Source: a virus (taxonomy: Duplodnaviria; Caudoviricetes). From it: a stretch of 64,000 bases of DNA. The notes below the pieces were generated by a model. That model ran no database searches. It was not told the DNA's origin and saw only the letters and a list, made by a program, of their open reading frames with translations. The stretch covers positions 1 through 64,000 of the IMG/VR virus record IMGVR_UViG_3300030100_000603. The stretch is one strand, 5' to 3'. Below are positions 45,631 to 55,120 of the stretch, piece after piece (within the stretch, counting starts at the first letter, position 1; each line of letters starts with the position of its first letter). The translations under genes and the position numbers were made by a program.

Positions 45631-46011
45631 TTAACTAGCGGCGTAGCTATCAGCACCGTAGAAGTACATGGTGAAGATTTCGCCTTGAGCGCCAGCTTCA
45701 GTGATTGCCTTACCAACCACGATATCGGAAGTGGTAGCAGTAACGAATTGACCGTTAGCATCCACAGCAATTTCATCACCAGCAGTAACGGAATCACCGG
45801 CAGAAGCCTTGGTGACACCCTTCAGGACCAGACGAACGGAAATGCCAGCGGGCGCATCAGTATGAACCACGGCATCAATACGGCCACCAGCAGAACCAGC
45901 AAGATCAACAGACTCACCAGTAAGGATAGCACCCTTGAACAGATCACCAGTGAAATCGCTGGCAGCAATAGCCTGACCGAAATCAACTTGAGAAATAGTG
46001 TTATAAGCCAT
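45631..46011 (-). CDS. Head decoration/cement protein
   Basis: AGDSVTAGDEIAVDANGQFVTA..VVGKAITEA. Confidence 0.8.
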   Translation of the reverse strand: MAYNTISQVDFGQAIAASDFTGDLFKGAILTGESVDLAGSAGGRIDAVVHTDAPAGISVRLVLKGVTKASAGDSVTAGDEIAVDANGQFVTATTSDIVVGKAITEAGAQGEIFTMYFYGADSYAAS

Positions 46012-46058
46012 TATGTATAACTCCTAATTGGATTAAAAAGTATTAAATGAAGTACCGA

Positions 46059-47159
46059 TTAGAAGCGGTATTCTTCAGCGAACAGTTCAGGCTGCTCACG
46101 CTGGACAATATCCAGAGCCTTCAGATAGTCCACGGAATGGGCTTCTTTGGCTTTCTCGATAGCGGCATCCAGCTTGGAACCGGAAGGTTGATCGTCGGTC
46201 TTAGCTTTACCGATTTCTTCCAGCATATCACCCTTGGTAGCGGTATCACGATAGGCTTCGAAAGCCTTAACGAGAGCTTCACAACCCTCAGTTTCTTCAG
46301 CAATACGCAGAGCCTTGGCGAGTTCTTCAGCCGGATTCTCTTCGGTAACGACCAGGGTATGTTCCTTGGCCTTAGCGAGATAATGCTCTTCCTTACGACG
46401 CTCTTCAGCAGCCTTCAGGACAGCAACAGTCTCGTTCACTTCTTTGAAAGACTTCTCAAGATCGGCCTTTTCCTGCTTAGCTTTTTCAGCATCTTCTTTG
46501 GCCTTTTCAAGCTCAGCCAGTTGCTCACGAGCTTTTTCCAGTTCAATCTCGACTTCGCTCTTCTGGATATCAGCTTCTTTAGTCATTTGAGTTTCCTCTT
46601 GTTTAACGTTAGTTTCATCTTCAGTATTTACTTCCCCACCTTTCTCTACTGAAGATGAGGAACCTTTAGGGGTTTCCCCCAAAGACTTTTCAACAAAGTA
46701 TTTTTCATCAAAGCTGTTGAAGTTCTCAATGAATTCTTCAGCCTGACGGATACGTTCTTCACGACCAGTTTCATCACTATTTGAATCAATGCTGGTTACT
46801 TTATCCATATTACTTTGGACCATTTCACGGAAGGAAGTAATATCGTCTTCCACTTCGTAAATGTCTTCGTAACTGTAACCAAGCATCCCGGCGATAGTTT
46901 CAGCAGCGTCAATATCGACGTAAAGATAACGGGTAAGAAATTCCATCAGCGGAAGTTTCAGGTTGACATTTACAGCCTTTTGAATTTCTTCGTCGGGGGC
47001 ATGGTCAGTAACACCGTTGGTTGCTTTGGTAATCAAAGTGGTATGTTGATTAGCGGCGCCCCCAACGGAAGGTCCAACCAACGCACAATGAGAACCGTTA
47101 TAATCAAAATCGAATTTTTTAATTCGACGCTTGGCTTTAACTTCTTGTGGTTTTGTCAT
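46059..47159 (-). CDS. Scaffold-containing head protein
   Basis: N-terminal HCALVG..GGAAN domain, acidic coiled-coil C-terminal half. Confidence 0.7.
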   Translation of the reverse strand: MTKPQEVKAKRRIKKFDFDYNGSHCALVGPSVGGAANQHTTLITKATNGVTDHAPDEEIQKAVNVNLKLPLMEFLTRYLYVDIDAAETIAGMLGYSYEDIYEVEDDITSFREMVQSNMDKVTSIDSNSDETGREERIRQAEEFIENFNSFDEKYFVEKSLGETPKGSSSSVEKGGEVNTEDETNVKQEETQMTKEADIQKSEVEIELEKAREQLAELEKAKEDAEKAKQEKADLEKSFKEVNETVAVLKAAEERRKEEHYLAKAKEHTLVVTEENPAEELAKALRIAEETEGCEALVKAFEAYRDTATKGDMLEEIGKAKTDDQPSGSKLDAAIEKAKEAHSVDYLKALDIVQREQPELFAEEYRF

Positions 47160-47617
47160 AGGTCTTCCACCTGTCCTCTACACCCAATGCTTACACCGTT
47201 TATTTCACCAGACTTAACCATTTCCCAAAGTTTATCTGATGCCTCATCACCTTCTGGGAAGTGCCACCACTGTAACCATGTACCTTTCTTAATGTGGCGT
47301 CCGTCTTCTGTTTTAAAGTCAGACGGTGAAATAAAAGACTGCACAATCTTGGCATTTTCTGTTTCAACTTTATGAAACAGGTTTGCTTTCATTGAGTGTT
47401 GATTAAAAGAAATACATGCCTTCTCAATCTCATCGGCAGTATACGTATCACCATGAGCATCAGTGGTTGAATCACCATCTTGTGGTTCTAACACAACAAA
47501 CATGGCCATACGTTGTTCTGTATCAACAGCTTTGGTTACCTCAGTCTCTTGGGAAGATGGTCCACCAAAATGTTTTTCTACCAGTTCTATAATACTTTGT
47601 GTAAAGTTTTCAGTCAT
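47156..47617 (-). CDS. XkdF-like prohead protease
   Basis: DAHGD, ANLFHK, GTWL, LWEMVKSGEINGVSIG. Confidence 0.85.
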   Translation of the reverse strand: MTENFTQSIIELVEKHFGGPSSQETEVTKAVDTEQRMAMFVVLEPQDGDSTTDAHGDTYTADEIEKACISFNQHSMKANLFHKVETENAKIVQSFISPSDFKTEDGRHIKKGTWLQWWHFPEGDEASDKLWEMVKSGEINGVSIGCRGQVEDL

Positions 47618-47620
47618 GTG

Positions 47621-48223
47621 TCATAACCCCAAATAGTATTCAGTGAATGGTTCAAACTTATTATGTTTACTATAATTAACCCTAGCCGGTAATATCTGAA
47701 GATTCTGTGGTGCATGTAACCCACACACCTTATCATTATTTAAAGGAATTATGTGGTCTACATTCACTTTAGTATCCAAGGGGTCATCAGAAACCACACA
47801 CTGTTCCAGCTTAACTTCGAGCATTTTCGCCTCTAAGAATATCTCATTAATTTCTTCACTGAATACCGGGTGCGAAGATGCCTTTTTGAGAAACCGTCTT
47901 TTACTTTCATTAGCTGCTTTTTGTGCTCTCCGTGCTGCTAGTTTTTCACCACCAATATCATAAAGCTCTTTGCGATGCTTCTTTACATATTCCGCCCTTT
48001 TAACCTTACTTTCAGGAGTATTGCGCCTAGCCCTTTCTTTGGCATTTCTAGCTTCACGGAATTCATTATCAGACATTGCATCCAAATATTGCAATCTCTT
48101 ACATTCTACACAAGTACCATTATTAGTGTATCTGGGTGAAAAATGTCCATCCCGGCAAGGTTTACCAGTAAAATACTTTTTAGCACCTAATTTTATTGCG
48201 TCTTTTCTACTAATAATATCCAT
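47621..48223 (-). CDS. Zn-ribbon HNH endonuclease
   Basis: YFTGKPCRDGH..CVEC; NVDHIIPL..KVCGLHAPQNLQ. Confidence 0.88.
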   Translation of the reverse strand: MDIISRKDAIKLGAKKYFTGKPCRDGHFSPRYTNNGTCVECKRLQYLDAMSDNEFREARNAKERARRNTPESKVKRAEYVKKHRKELYDIGGEKLAARRAQKAANESKRRFLKKASSHPVFSEEINEIFLEAKMLEVKLEQCVVSDDPLDTKVNVDHIIPLNNDKVCGLHAPQNLQILPARVNYSKHNKFEPFTEYYLGL

Positions 48224-48233
48224 ACAACCCCCA

Positions 48234-48300
48234 TCTAGGTTAAATAGATGAACCTAGTTTATGAGATGGCATGAACAGGGGAGCTACCCTTTTCGGTTCA
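48234..48300 (-). ncRNA. Structured leader motif B upstream of HNH gene
   Basis: TGAACC/GGTTCA stem enclosing GGG-TAGCT-CCC and ATG/CAT hairpins; homologous to 28750-28818. Confidence 0.6.
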
Positions 48301-48305
48301 AACTT

Positions 48306-49133
48306 TTAAACACGCTTTACAATTCTCACAGACGAACGACAACTGTGTAACGGTGGGAATGCTGGTGGGTAAGGTCTACCATTTGGAAACACACCACCAA
48401 TTTCCGCAGTGGTTAAATGCGAAGACAGGCAAACATCAGTAGTATTACCATCCACCACACTAACCCAAAGCTTAACATACTGTGATGGATCAAGTTGCCC
48501 ATCATTTACAGCAGCAGTCCACGCGATTTCTTTTGAGCCTTCAACAACCTCAGTACCAACCAGATTGGCAAACAATCTAATACGCCATTCAACAAGACGA
48601 TCAATTCGTGATTGAACCTGTCTTTCAATTGACGCTTGGGAAGTACCACTTGCTCTCATGGCATCTTCCATATTCAAGATTGTTTGTAAGTGGTTTGGGG
48701 TTAAACCGTAATAACGTTTGAATGCATCAAACAGTTGTTTATCAGTCCAACCCTTTTCCTGAGCAACCTGTTGAAGTTTTACCCACATTCGTTCATTGGT
48801 ATCCATGATCTCATCAATGTTATCTTGGAATACTTGCCGAACGAATGCTTGTAGTCGCGGGCTTGTCTGATCGAACAGTATGTCACCGAGGGAGAGTTCA
48901 CGTTTAGTTCGATCCAAGCCCGTCTGCAAAGCGGTAGAAGAAATATCGTAAAGGAAGGGCATTACCCTAGAAACTTCAGACCTAAAACGATCCTGCACAG
49001 TCTGGAATGATTGCCTTGTAAAGTTTTCGATTCGAGGTGCCTGCACAAAGGCCAAAGCCAAAAGTGCAAGCAATTCTTCCTCAACCGAATCTTCAAGTTC
49101 ATTCTCTTCACTAAAAGGAGAAGGTTCGGCCAT
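48306..49133 (-). CDS. Head morphogenesis protein (Mu gpF/SPP1 gp7-like)
   Basis: KLWVSVVDGNTTDVC, PPLHSCR; after portal. Confidence 0.75.
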   Translation of the reverse strand: MAEPSPFSEENELEDSVEEELLALLALAFVQAPRIENFTRQSFQTVQDRFRSEVSRVMPFLYDISSTALQTGLDRTKRELSLGDILFDQTSPRLQAFVRQVFQDNIDEIMDTNERMWVKLQQVAQEKGWTDKQLFDAFKRYYGLTPNHLQTILNMEDAMRASGTSQASIERQVQSRIDRLVEWRIRLFANLVGTEVVEGSKEIAWTAAVNDGQLDPSQYVKLWVSVVDGNTTDVCLSSHLTTAEIGGVFPNGRPYPPAFPPLHSCRSSVRIVKRV

Positions 49134-49146
49134 TGTCACTCCCCCA

Positions 49147-50601
49147 TTATGTGTCAGGAATTAAGTTGAAAGATTTGGTGAAAGTGTTTTCATTTTCACC
49201 CTCACCGTTACCTTCCTCATTAGTCGTTTCATCCATTGGATTTTGGACAGAGAACATTTCACTTCGCTGTCTCGCCCTTTGCATTACAGAATCTTCACCA
49301 GAGGCTTTAAGTTCATCGAAGCCAGCAAGTCCACGCAGATCATTCTCAATACCATCATCAGGAGTAATGAAACCAGCCTCAGATGCTTTCTTGAGGAAGT
49401 CAGCCAGATCGGGCAGATGTGCTTTCTCGATCCCACTGTGAACCATCTTTGGAGTTTTGGTCGGGTCTTTACCGTTCAGTTCGAACAGAAGAGGAATAGC
49501 CTTCTCATTGAACTGGTCAGCGATGGTATCCAAATAACTCTCAATTGCAATCTTGAAGATGTCAGCTTTTGTGGATGCGAGAGAGTAACTACCTACAGAC
49601 TGACCACCAACCAGAAGAACATCAGCACAAATTGATTGCAGGATACGTCGATCATATCTTTCAATCACAGGTCCGGTTTGAACTTGCCTGGCACCAGATG
49701 AACTCAAAAGTTCAATATCATAAACCTTGTCACCAGTACCAGCTTCACCCCAAACGTTACTTGGGAGCATTACGAACGCCTGTTCATTACGCTTAACCAT
49801 TGAACCCATGCGTTCAAGATAAGACCTTAACGCCTTTTCACTCTCATCAGCATCATCGCGCAAAATCTCGTCTGGAACCCTCAACACAGGGATACCACTA
49901 AGATCACGTTCAACACCAATCGCTTCCTGAATCTCAATGTTCTTTCTCAGGTAGTACGAACGATACGCTGAACGAAGTACGGAAAGACCGCGAGGGTTAT
50001 CCTTGTATGCGTTTGTACGGAACAACAGGAAACGATCTTCAGGAATCCAAACGTCAATACCGTTGTACGGATCATGCTGACGAATTCTTTCCAGATCACC
50101 CCTTGGTGTAATATCCCAATCCTCAATCGTATCTTGTGAGCGAATCGGGAACTTGCGCCAACCGTACATACCATCTTGATATTTCGAACGATAACGCTTA
50201 TCTTTAACTAGACCTTGACGCTTCTTGTAAACAATCTCATGGACACTAAAGCCATAAGTAAGAAACGAAAGGATATCTGTGAGGACTTCGCTGAATGGTT
50301 TATCAAGATCACCTAGACATTCTTCAACGAAGCGAGCATCCTCTGCTGCGCTGGCAGGCTTATTCGGACCAGAGTATTCTTCAACTTTCCAACGAGATGA
50401 ACGGATAAACTGTCGAATGGCGAACAATGCGCCAGCAATCAACGAATCACTTTCCATCTCTTTAAAAACTTTGACGCAACGGGGCCATTGAAGATCACGA
50501 ATGATTGTTTCTTCGGAAATGTCTCCGCCGCTATGTCTCAGCCCTGTACCACCAAGTTCAGCAAGGGTTCTTTTCATTGACGAGTTTTCAGGTGTTGCCA
50601 T
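49147..50601 (-). CDS. Portal protein
   Basis: 484 aa after terL; NPRGLSVLRSAY, ERDLSGIP, GSYSLA. Confidence 0.88.
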   Translation of the reverse strand: MATPENSSMKRTLAELGGTGLRHSGGDISEETIIRDLQWPRCVKVFKEMESDSLIAGALFAIRQFIRSSRWKVEEYSGPNKPASAAEDARFVEECLGDLDKPFSEVLTDILSFLTYGFSVHEIVYKKRQGLVKDKRYRSKYQDGMYGWRKFPIRSQDTIEDWDITPRGDLERIRQHDPYNGIDVWIPEDRFLLFRTNAYKDNPRGLSVLRSAYRSYYLRKNIEIQEAIGVERDLSGIPVLRVPDEILRDDADESEKALRSYLERMGSMVKRNEQAFVMLPSNVWGEAGTGDKVYDIELLSSSGARQVQTGPVIERYDRRILQSICADVLLVGGQSVGSYSLASTKADIFKIAIESYLDTIADQFNEKAIPLLFELNGKDPTKTPKMVHSGIEKAHLPDLADFLKKASEAGFITPDDGIENDLRGLAGFDELKASGEDSVMQRARQRSEMFSVQNPMDETTNEEGNGEGENENTFTKSFNLIPDT

Positions 50602-50675
50602 ATAAACCCCTTAAATTTGCTGTATTAGACTTATTGGTGATTGACAAGGAATTATCTTCTTTATTTCTATGCAGT

Positions 50676-50705
50676 AGAATAACAGCATTAGTAATCCCTT
50701 GTCAA
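50676..50705 (-). promoter_or_regulatory. Sigma70-like promoter upstream of portal
   Basis: TTGACA-N18-TATTCT. Confidence 0.6.
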
Positions 50706-50725
50706 CACTTATTGTAAATATTTCT

Positions 50726-52360
50726 TTACATGTTCCAAATATTAGTCCCTTGCATGGCACCCATATTCAATTTGAAGTCAGTTGGTGCGATTTGACCCAA
50801 TGAAAGATTATTGAAAGCATCACTTGTGGCGTCACACTGGTCATCGTGTCCAGTACCATCACCAACGAAGTTTTCGAGTTCTTTGCAGTAATCCTCATTC
50901 CAGTCGCCACGAACGATCTTGATAAGACCTGCTTCTGCGGCAGCACTGAATGGTTCAAAACGTTCCAACTTAGATTTAGTCGTCTTACACTTCTTGAATT
51001 TGTAACCCACAAGGTTCTTAGCGTGATCCTCAAAGACAGCCTTACCTGCACCACCAGCATCCAATGGGATACCGACTGTACACTTGGGACCATCTTGTTC
51101 AGCCTTCTTACGCATCATTTTCTTTACGCCAGAAGGACGTTTACGATCACGAATAGAATGCATTACATAATAATACCCGTCTGTTCCCAAGCGAATCTTT
51201 ACCCCTGCTGTGTAGTCAGGATCAGGATTAACCTCGGAAGGTTCGGTTGATGCTGTATCCCATGCACGCATCTCAGCTTTAGGTGGTGGAACATCTTTGA
51301 TATCGACAAATTCACACCAATCACGATGGAAATAACTACCGGCGTTAGCCTTGACATTCCATGAACCGTAGAGCAGTGCTTCACGGTCGATACGTGAGAG
51401 TGATTTCAGGTTTGCTTCGTATGCAGGGTCAATCTTCTTGTTGTCCTTCACGGTCGCATTGATGAACGTAAAAGACTTGGGCATTGCATCCTTACCCCAA
51501 ATACTCTCAGCTTCCTCTCTGGAATTGTACCAGTGAGTATCCTCACCACGACGGACAAACCAACGAAGAACACCACAGCGTTCCTCAATTGGGAAACCTT
51601 CGTCGTCAATCCACCAGTCTACAAGTGTTCGTACCCATCCTTCAGAAGTCGGGTTACAAGTAGCTCGGATATACGGACGGACACCCGTACCAGAACGGTT
51701 ACGAGAAAGCATGTACCAGAACATCTTTTCAGTGAAACCAGTCAACTCATCGAAGATAATCAATGGCACCTGTGAACCTTTGTAGTTCTCCAAGTCCTTC
51801 TCAAGTTCGATACCAGCAAACTGTACACGACTACCGCTGTTCTGGAAGTTCCACTTCATGACACCATCGTAAGATTCAGCGTCGGGAAAGTTATTAAAAA
51901 TGTTGAATGATTCGTCCCAAGGACCGCCAGGGTGGCGTAGCTCGGCTTTAGTACGACGGAAGAAAATCGTATAGAAATTCGGTACGTCTTTATGCCTCAG
52001 ACACTCAAGCAGAAGAGCGAAGGTCTTACCACTACCAGCACCTCCCGGTGCATGTTACGATGATCGCTACTCATCTCTCTTGTTTCCAAGAGTGTCGGAC
52101 TATATCTTATTGGTAATAACCAATCCCCCCGTTTCGACTCCGCTTGGAGCCTACAATTAGTCTCTGCACGTTCAAAACCCGACACAAAGGCCGGGTTAAG
52201 CTTCGCTCAGGATTGCCTTATCTTTCGACTTAGGTTTCCCTGAATTAGAGGGGTTTTAGTACGGCAGAGGATTTTTACCGTACAAACAAATGTCAGCCTG
52301 TGTTTCTAGGAACATGGACTGTTTACCAGGCTGAGGTTCCAACCTTTCATATCTAGCCAT
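50726..52360 (-). CDS. terL: Terminase large subunit, join(52277..52360, 50726..52045), 467 aa
   Basis: Exon 1 MARYERLEPQPGKQ...ICLYG (28 codons) + exon 2 GGAGSGKT restores Walker A in frame; Walker B IIFDE; nuclease AWD, DDQCD. Confidence 0.9.
52046..52276 (-). ncRNA. ORF-less group I intron (231 nt, IA-like)
   Basis: P1 UACGGU/GCCGUA with U.G at 5' splice site; P10 CCUCU/GGAGG; core AAUUCAGGGAAACC, AAUCCUGAGCGAAG, CAGAGACUA, AAGAUAUAGUCC; P9 GAAA hairpin; terminal G. Confidence 0.93.
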
Positions 52361-52880
52361 AAGAAATCACCTTATCCTTCCTCATATCCCTTGTAAAACC
52401 ACTAAGGGAAGACAATTTCCTACCAGAAAGAATCTCACTGATGTAATCCGACCTTCGGATATCAAGAGATAAATAATCACAAATCTCTTTGCAACTAAAT
52501 CCACAATGGTACATCTCATACATCTTGTGGAAGTCCTGATATGTTAGGTTCACAAGAGTCTTGGTTTTCATAAGACCCGTTTTGTACGCATGATGCATAT
52601 TAAGTGTTCCAGTAACATACTCAAGATTGTCTTTGGCGTTATTGAGTTTATTCCCGTCGATATGGTTTACTTGGCAACCCTCGGGTTTCTCACCATGAAA
52701 ACACTCAGCAATGAGAGTGTGAACCCGAACACTTCTGCGACGAACACCATCACTGAGAATAATTTCACGATAACCGTCCCATGTGACTTTTCCAGCAAGA
52801 ACATTACCGCGTTTACCGATTATATCACCATTCTCACAGGCAAAATAACCGGGATAGTCTGCAATCTCAACCTTACTCAT
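52353..52880 (-). CDS. NUMOD4-type HNH endonuclease
   Basis: YPGYF...G.I, RVHTLIAECF, VNHIDGNKLNNAKDNLEYV; start ATG 52880. Confidence 0.88.
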   Translation of the reverse strand: MSKVEIADYPGYFACENGDIIGKRGNVLAGKVTWDGYREIILSDGVRRRSVRVHTLIAECFHGEKPEGCQVNHIDGNKLNNAKDNLEYVTGTLNMHHAYKTGLMKTKTLVNLTYQDFHKMYEMYHCGFSCKEICDYLSLDIRRSDYISEILSGRKLSSLSGFTRDMRKDKVISYG

Positions 52881-53790
52881 CCTTCCTCCCATTGTCAGGC
52901 AAGAACACCCCGTTCTCTTCATCGTACTCACCAGCTTCACGATCAACTGCTTCCAGTTCATCAGGTTCAGTATAATGGGATTGGAAGTATTTGTCAAGTT
53001 CATCTTGTGACTGGTGTGTAACAACCTTGTCACCAAGTTCTCTTGAATTACTCGGAAGCGTAACGTGAACAACAGGAAGGGATTGACGTTCTTTCTGTTT
53101 TTCCATTGCGAGGGGATCAATCGGCTTTGGTTTCGCGTAGGAATACGAGGCATAAATTTCCAATGCTTTAAGACGTTGTGCGTTAGTTATTGGTTGCTTC
53201 GTATTGAGCTTATTCTCATCACCCTGAGCCCAGGCAATAAGTTGTTCAGCAGGATTGAAGTTCAGACGTTTGGCGGCACGCTCGACATTCTCCATACGCT
53301 TCTTTCGTGCGGCTTTAGCGTTGGCGGATGCTTTCTTGGCGTATTCTTTGTCCTGAAGGCTGGGGTTACCCTGTGGGCGACCAGTAAGGCGGGATATACA
53401 TGAGACAGCTTTGAACTTACGGGACCAGTACGCTTGATACGTTCGGATCAGCTTATTTGTATCAGGGTCACGTTCACCACTTGGAAGTTTCTCTACAACA
53501 AGCCAAGCGTGTTCGGTAGGATGCTTGAACAGATTACGTCTTTCGAATTGAATACCCTTCTTGAGTTTCCACTTCTCAGCAATCTGTTTGATTGTATCTT
53601 CTGGATCAAACTTGAACGGAAGAAGAGAACCGTCTACAATGTTGGGGTCCATAATATCTTCGTTCCAATACAGACCACTTGTTTCCGAAACACATAGATA
53701 TTGGACAGGCCAATCACCTTCCGGCCCGAGCCATTCAATGAAAAAACTATCAATATCTACGTATTCAATGTGTTTATCTTTGTTTGCCAT
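52873..53790 (-). CDS. Probable terminase small subunit
   Basis: Position upstream of terL; GRPQG, helical core, acidic C-terminus. Confidence 0.55.
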   Translation of the reverse strand: MANKDKHIEYVDIDSFFIEWLGPEGDWPVQYLCVSETSGLYWNEDIMDPNIVDGSLLPFKFDPEDTIKQIAEKWKLKKGIQFERRNLFKHPTEHAWLVVEKLPSGERDPDTNKLIRTYQAYWSRKFKAVSCISRLTGRPQGNPSLQDKEYAKKASANAKAARKKRMENVERAAKRLNFNPAEQLIAWAQGDENKLNTKQPITNAQRLKALEIYASYSYAKPKPIDPLAMEKQKERQSLPVVHVTLPSNSRELGDKVVTHQSQDELDKYFQSHYTEPDELEAVDREAGEYDEENGVFLPDNGRKDE

Positions 53791-53830
53791 AAATTACACC
53801 ATGAAAAATAAAAGGGGATAAAACAGGAAA

Positions 53831-53887
53831 TGACGGCTTGTTACCGTGATGTTGGGGATACATCAGCACGCAACAAAGAAACCGTCA
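53831..53887 (-). promoter_or_regulatory. Long hairpin upstream of terS
   Basis: UGACGG..UGUUGC..UGAUGU-loop-ACAUCA..GUAACA..CCGUCA followed by U-rich run. Confidence 0.5.
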
Positions 53888-54032
53888 CAGAATAGGGCAG
53901 GAGGGGATTAGTTTACTTTTGTTCGTAAAAGTGTACCGAGAGGTCACTTTGGAGGGAATTTTTAAACCAGTGCATAAGAACCACCAGTAATCCAAGCCAG
54001 GAAAAGGACAGGAGACTACCAGTGGTATAACC

Positions 54033-54122
54033 TTACATGACAAATGGCATCATCCAAAGAGAACCAAATGTCACAAGTTGAACGTAATACTGAAGCATAA
54101 CCAGGAAACTTACTTGATCCAT
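54033..54122 (-). CDS. Small hydrophobic peptide (29 aa)
   Basis: MDQVSFLVMLQYYVQLVTFGSLWMMPFVM; SD AAGGAG, TAATG coupling. Confidence 0.45.
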   Translation of the reverse strand: MDQVSFLVMLQYYVQLVTFGSLWMMPFVM

Positions 54123-54223
54123 TACTTGATCTCCTTTTGGGTCGAGGTTTTAGACCCAACCTCTCGCCATTCGGTTTCGCTTTTACGTTTCCAATATGCT
54201 TTAACGATTGTACCGGATTTCAT
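54122..54223 (-). CDS. Small basic peptide (33 aa)
   Basis: MKSGTIVKAYWKRKSETEWREVGSKTSTQKEIK; SD GAGGA. Confidence 0.5.
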   Translation of the reverse strand: MKSGTIVKAYWKRKSETEWREVGSKTSTQKEIK

Positions 54224-54225
54224 AA

Positions 54226-54375
54226 TTATTTCCTCAACAGTGGGAACTTAAAGACCTTAAAGTATCGTTTAGGCGGATTAACGACATTATATTGATTGAC
54301 CTTGAAGCTAAATGTGTTCGGACCAATCATCAAATGCCGGATACCGAATCGAATGTTAATCCAAAGATTACTCAT
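54226..54375 (-). CDS. Small protein (49 aa)
   Basis: MSNLWINIRFGIRHLMIG...; coupled spacing. Confidence 0.5.
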   Translation of the reverse strand: MSNLWINIRFGIRHLMIGPNTFSFKVNQYNVVNPPKRYFKVFKFPLLRK

Positions 54376-54405
54376 CGCAGGTTACCCTTACCATCGTACT
54401 TAAAT

Positions 54406-55119
54406 TCATTCTAAATCCTCCGAAGGTTTAATCATTCCATAATATTTAATCTCGGCTTCCTCCCGCAATGAAACCGCAACTAGGTATTCCGTACTTGACC
54501 CAAGATGTTTTGTTTCTCCTTCATATTGACAATATGCCGAGTAAACAGGCTTACCATCTTTTCTGTAATGAGAGATGTAAACACCTGTACGACTACTAGT
54601 ATTAGTTTTATGCCTTCTAGTGTTATATGCTTGAATAACCCGATCTGACCAAATGCAGTTTTCAGGGGCATAATCACCATTAACATCTAATCGTTCAAGG
54701 GTATATTGCTCTGGCCTTTCTCCCATGTCAAAAATAAAATTCCGCAACCCCTTTTCTCCATCCAACCATCTATCACAAACTTTAATTCCTCTCCCACCAT
54801 AATCCTTATAGGCTATATCCGTCTTAGTGTAACATCTGCGAATCATAGACTTATATGATGTGTAAGCCCTCATCTTGGAAAGACGATGGGTTGAAAATTT
54901 TTCCCTAACAGTTTTCCGATGAAAACAGCCGCACGATTTTGTATAGCAAGATTTCCAAGATTCAATCATTACTTCACAAATGTTCCCACAAACACAAGAA
55001 AAGAAAGCCTTTCTGCGTAACCTACCAGAAGGATTGGTGTGTGGACGAGTCTCCATTAAAAAAGTCAACCATGAACCATAAATGGTTTCACCAAACTCAT
55101 AAGTCTTTTTAGCAGGCAT
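54406..55119 (-). CDS. HNH/AP2-type homing endonuclease-like protein
   Basis: CVCGN..SCGC, SMIRRC, GGRGIKVCDRW, TLERLD..GDY.PENC.W, AP2-like tail; paralogue of 5490 and 58023. Confidence 0.82.
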   Translation of the reverse strand: MPAKKTYEFGETIYGSWLTFLMETRPHTNPSGRLRRKAFFSCVCGNICEVMIESWKSCYTKSCGCFHRKTVREKFSTHRLSKMRAYTSYKSMIRRCYTKTDIAYKDYGGRGIKVCDRWLDGEKGLRNFIFDMGERPEQYTLERLDVNGDYAPENCIWSDRVIQAYNTRRHKTNTSSRTGVYISHYRKDGKPVYSAYCQYEGETKHLGSSTEYLVAVSLREEAEIKYYGMIKPSEDLE

Positions 55120-55120
55120 C

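Noticed and set aside
53791-54405. tRNA cluster upstream of the terminase
   Set aside because: No T-loop GTTCRA/cloverleaf seen; the region resolves into three small ORFs and a hairpin. A tRNAscan-SE/ARAGORN run is still advisable.
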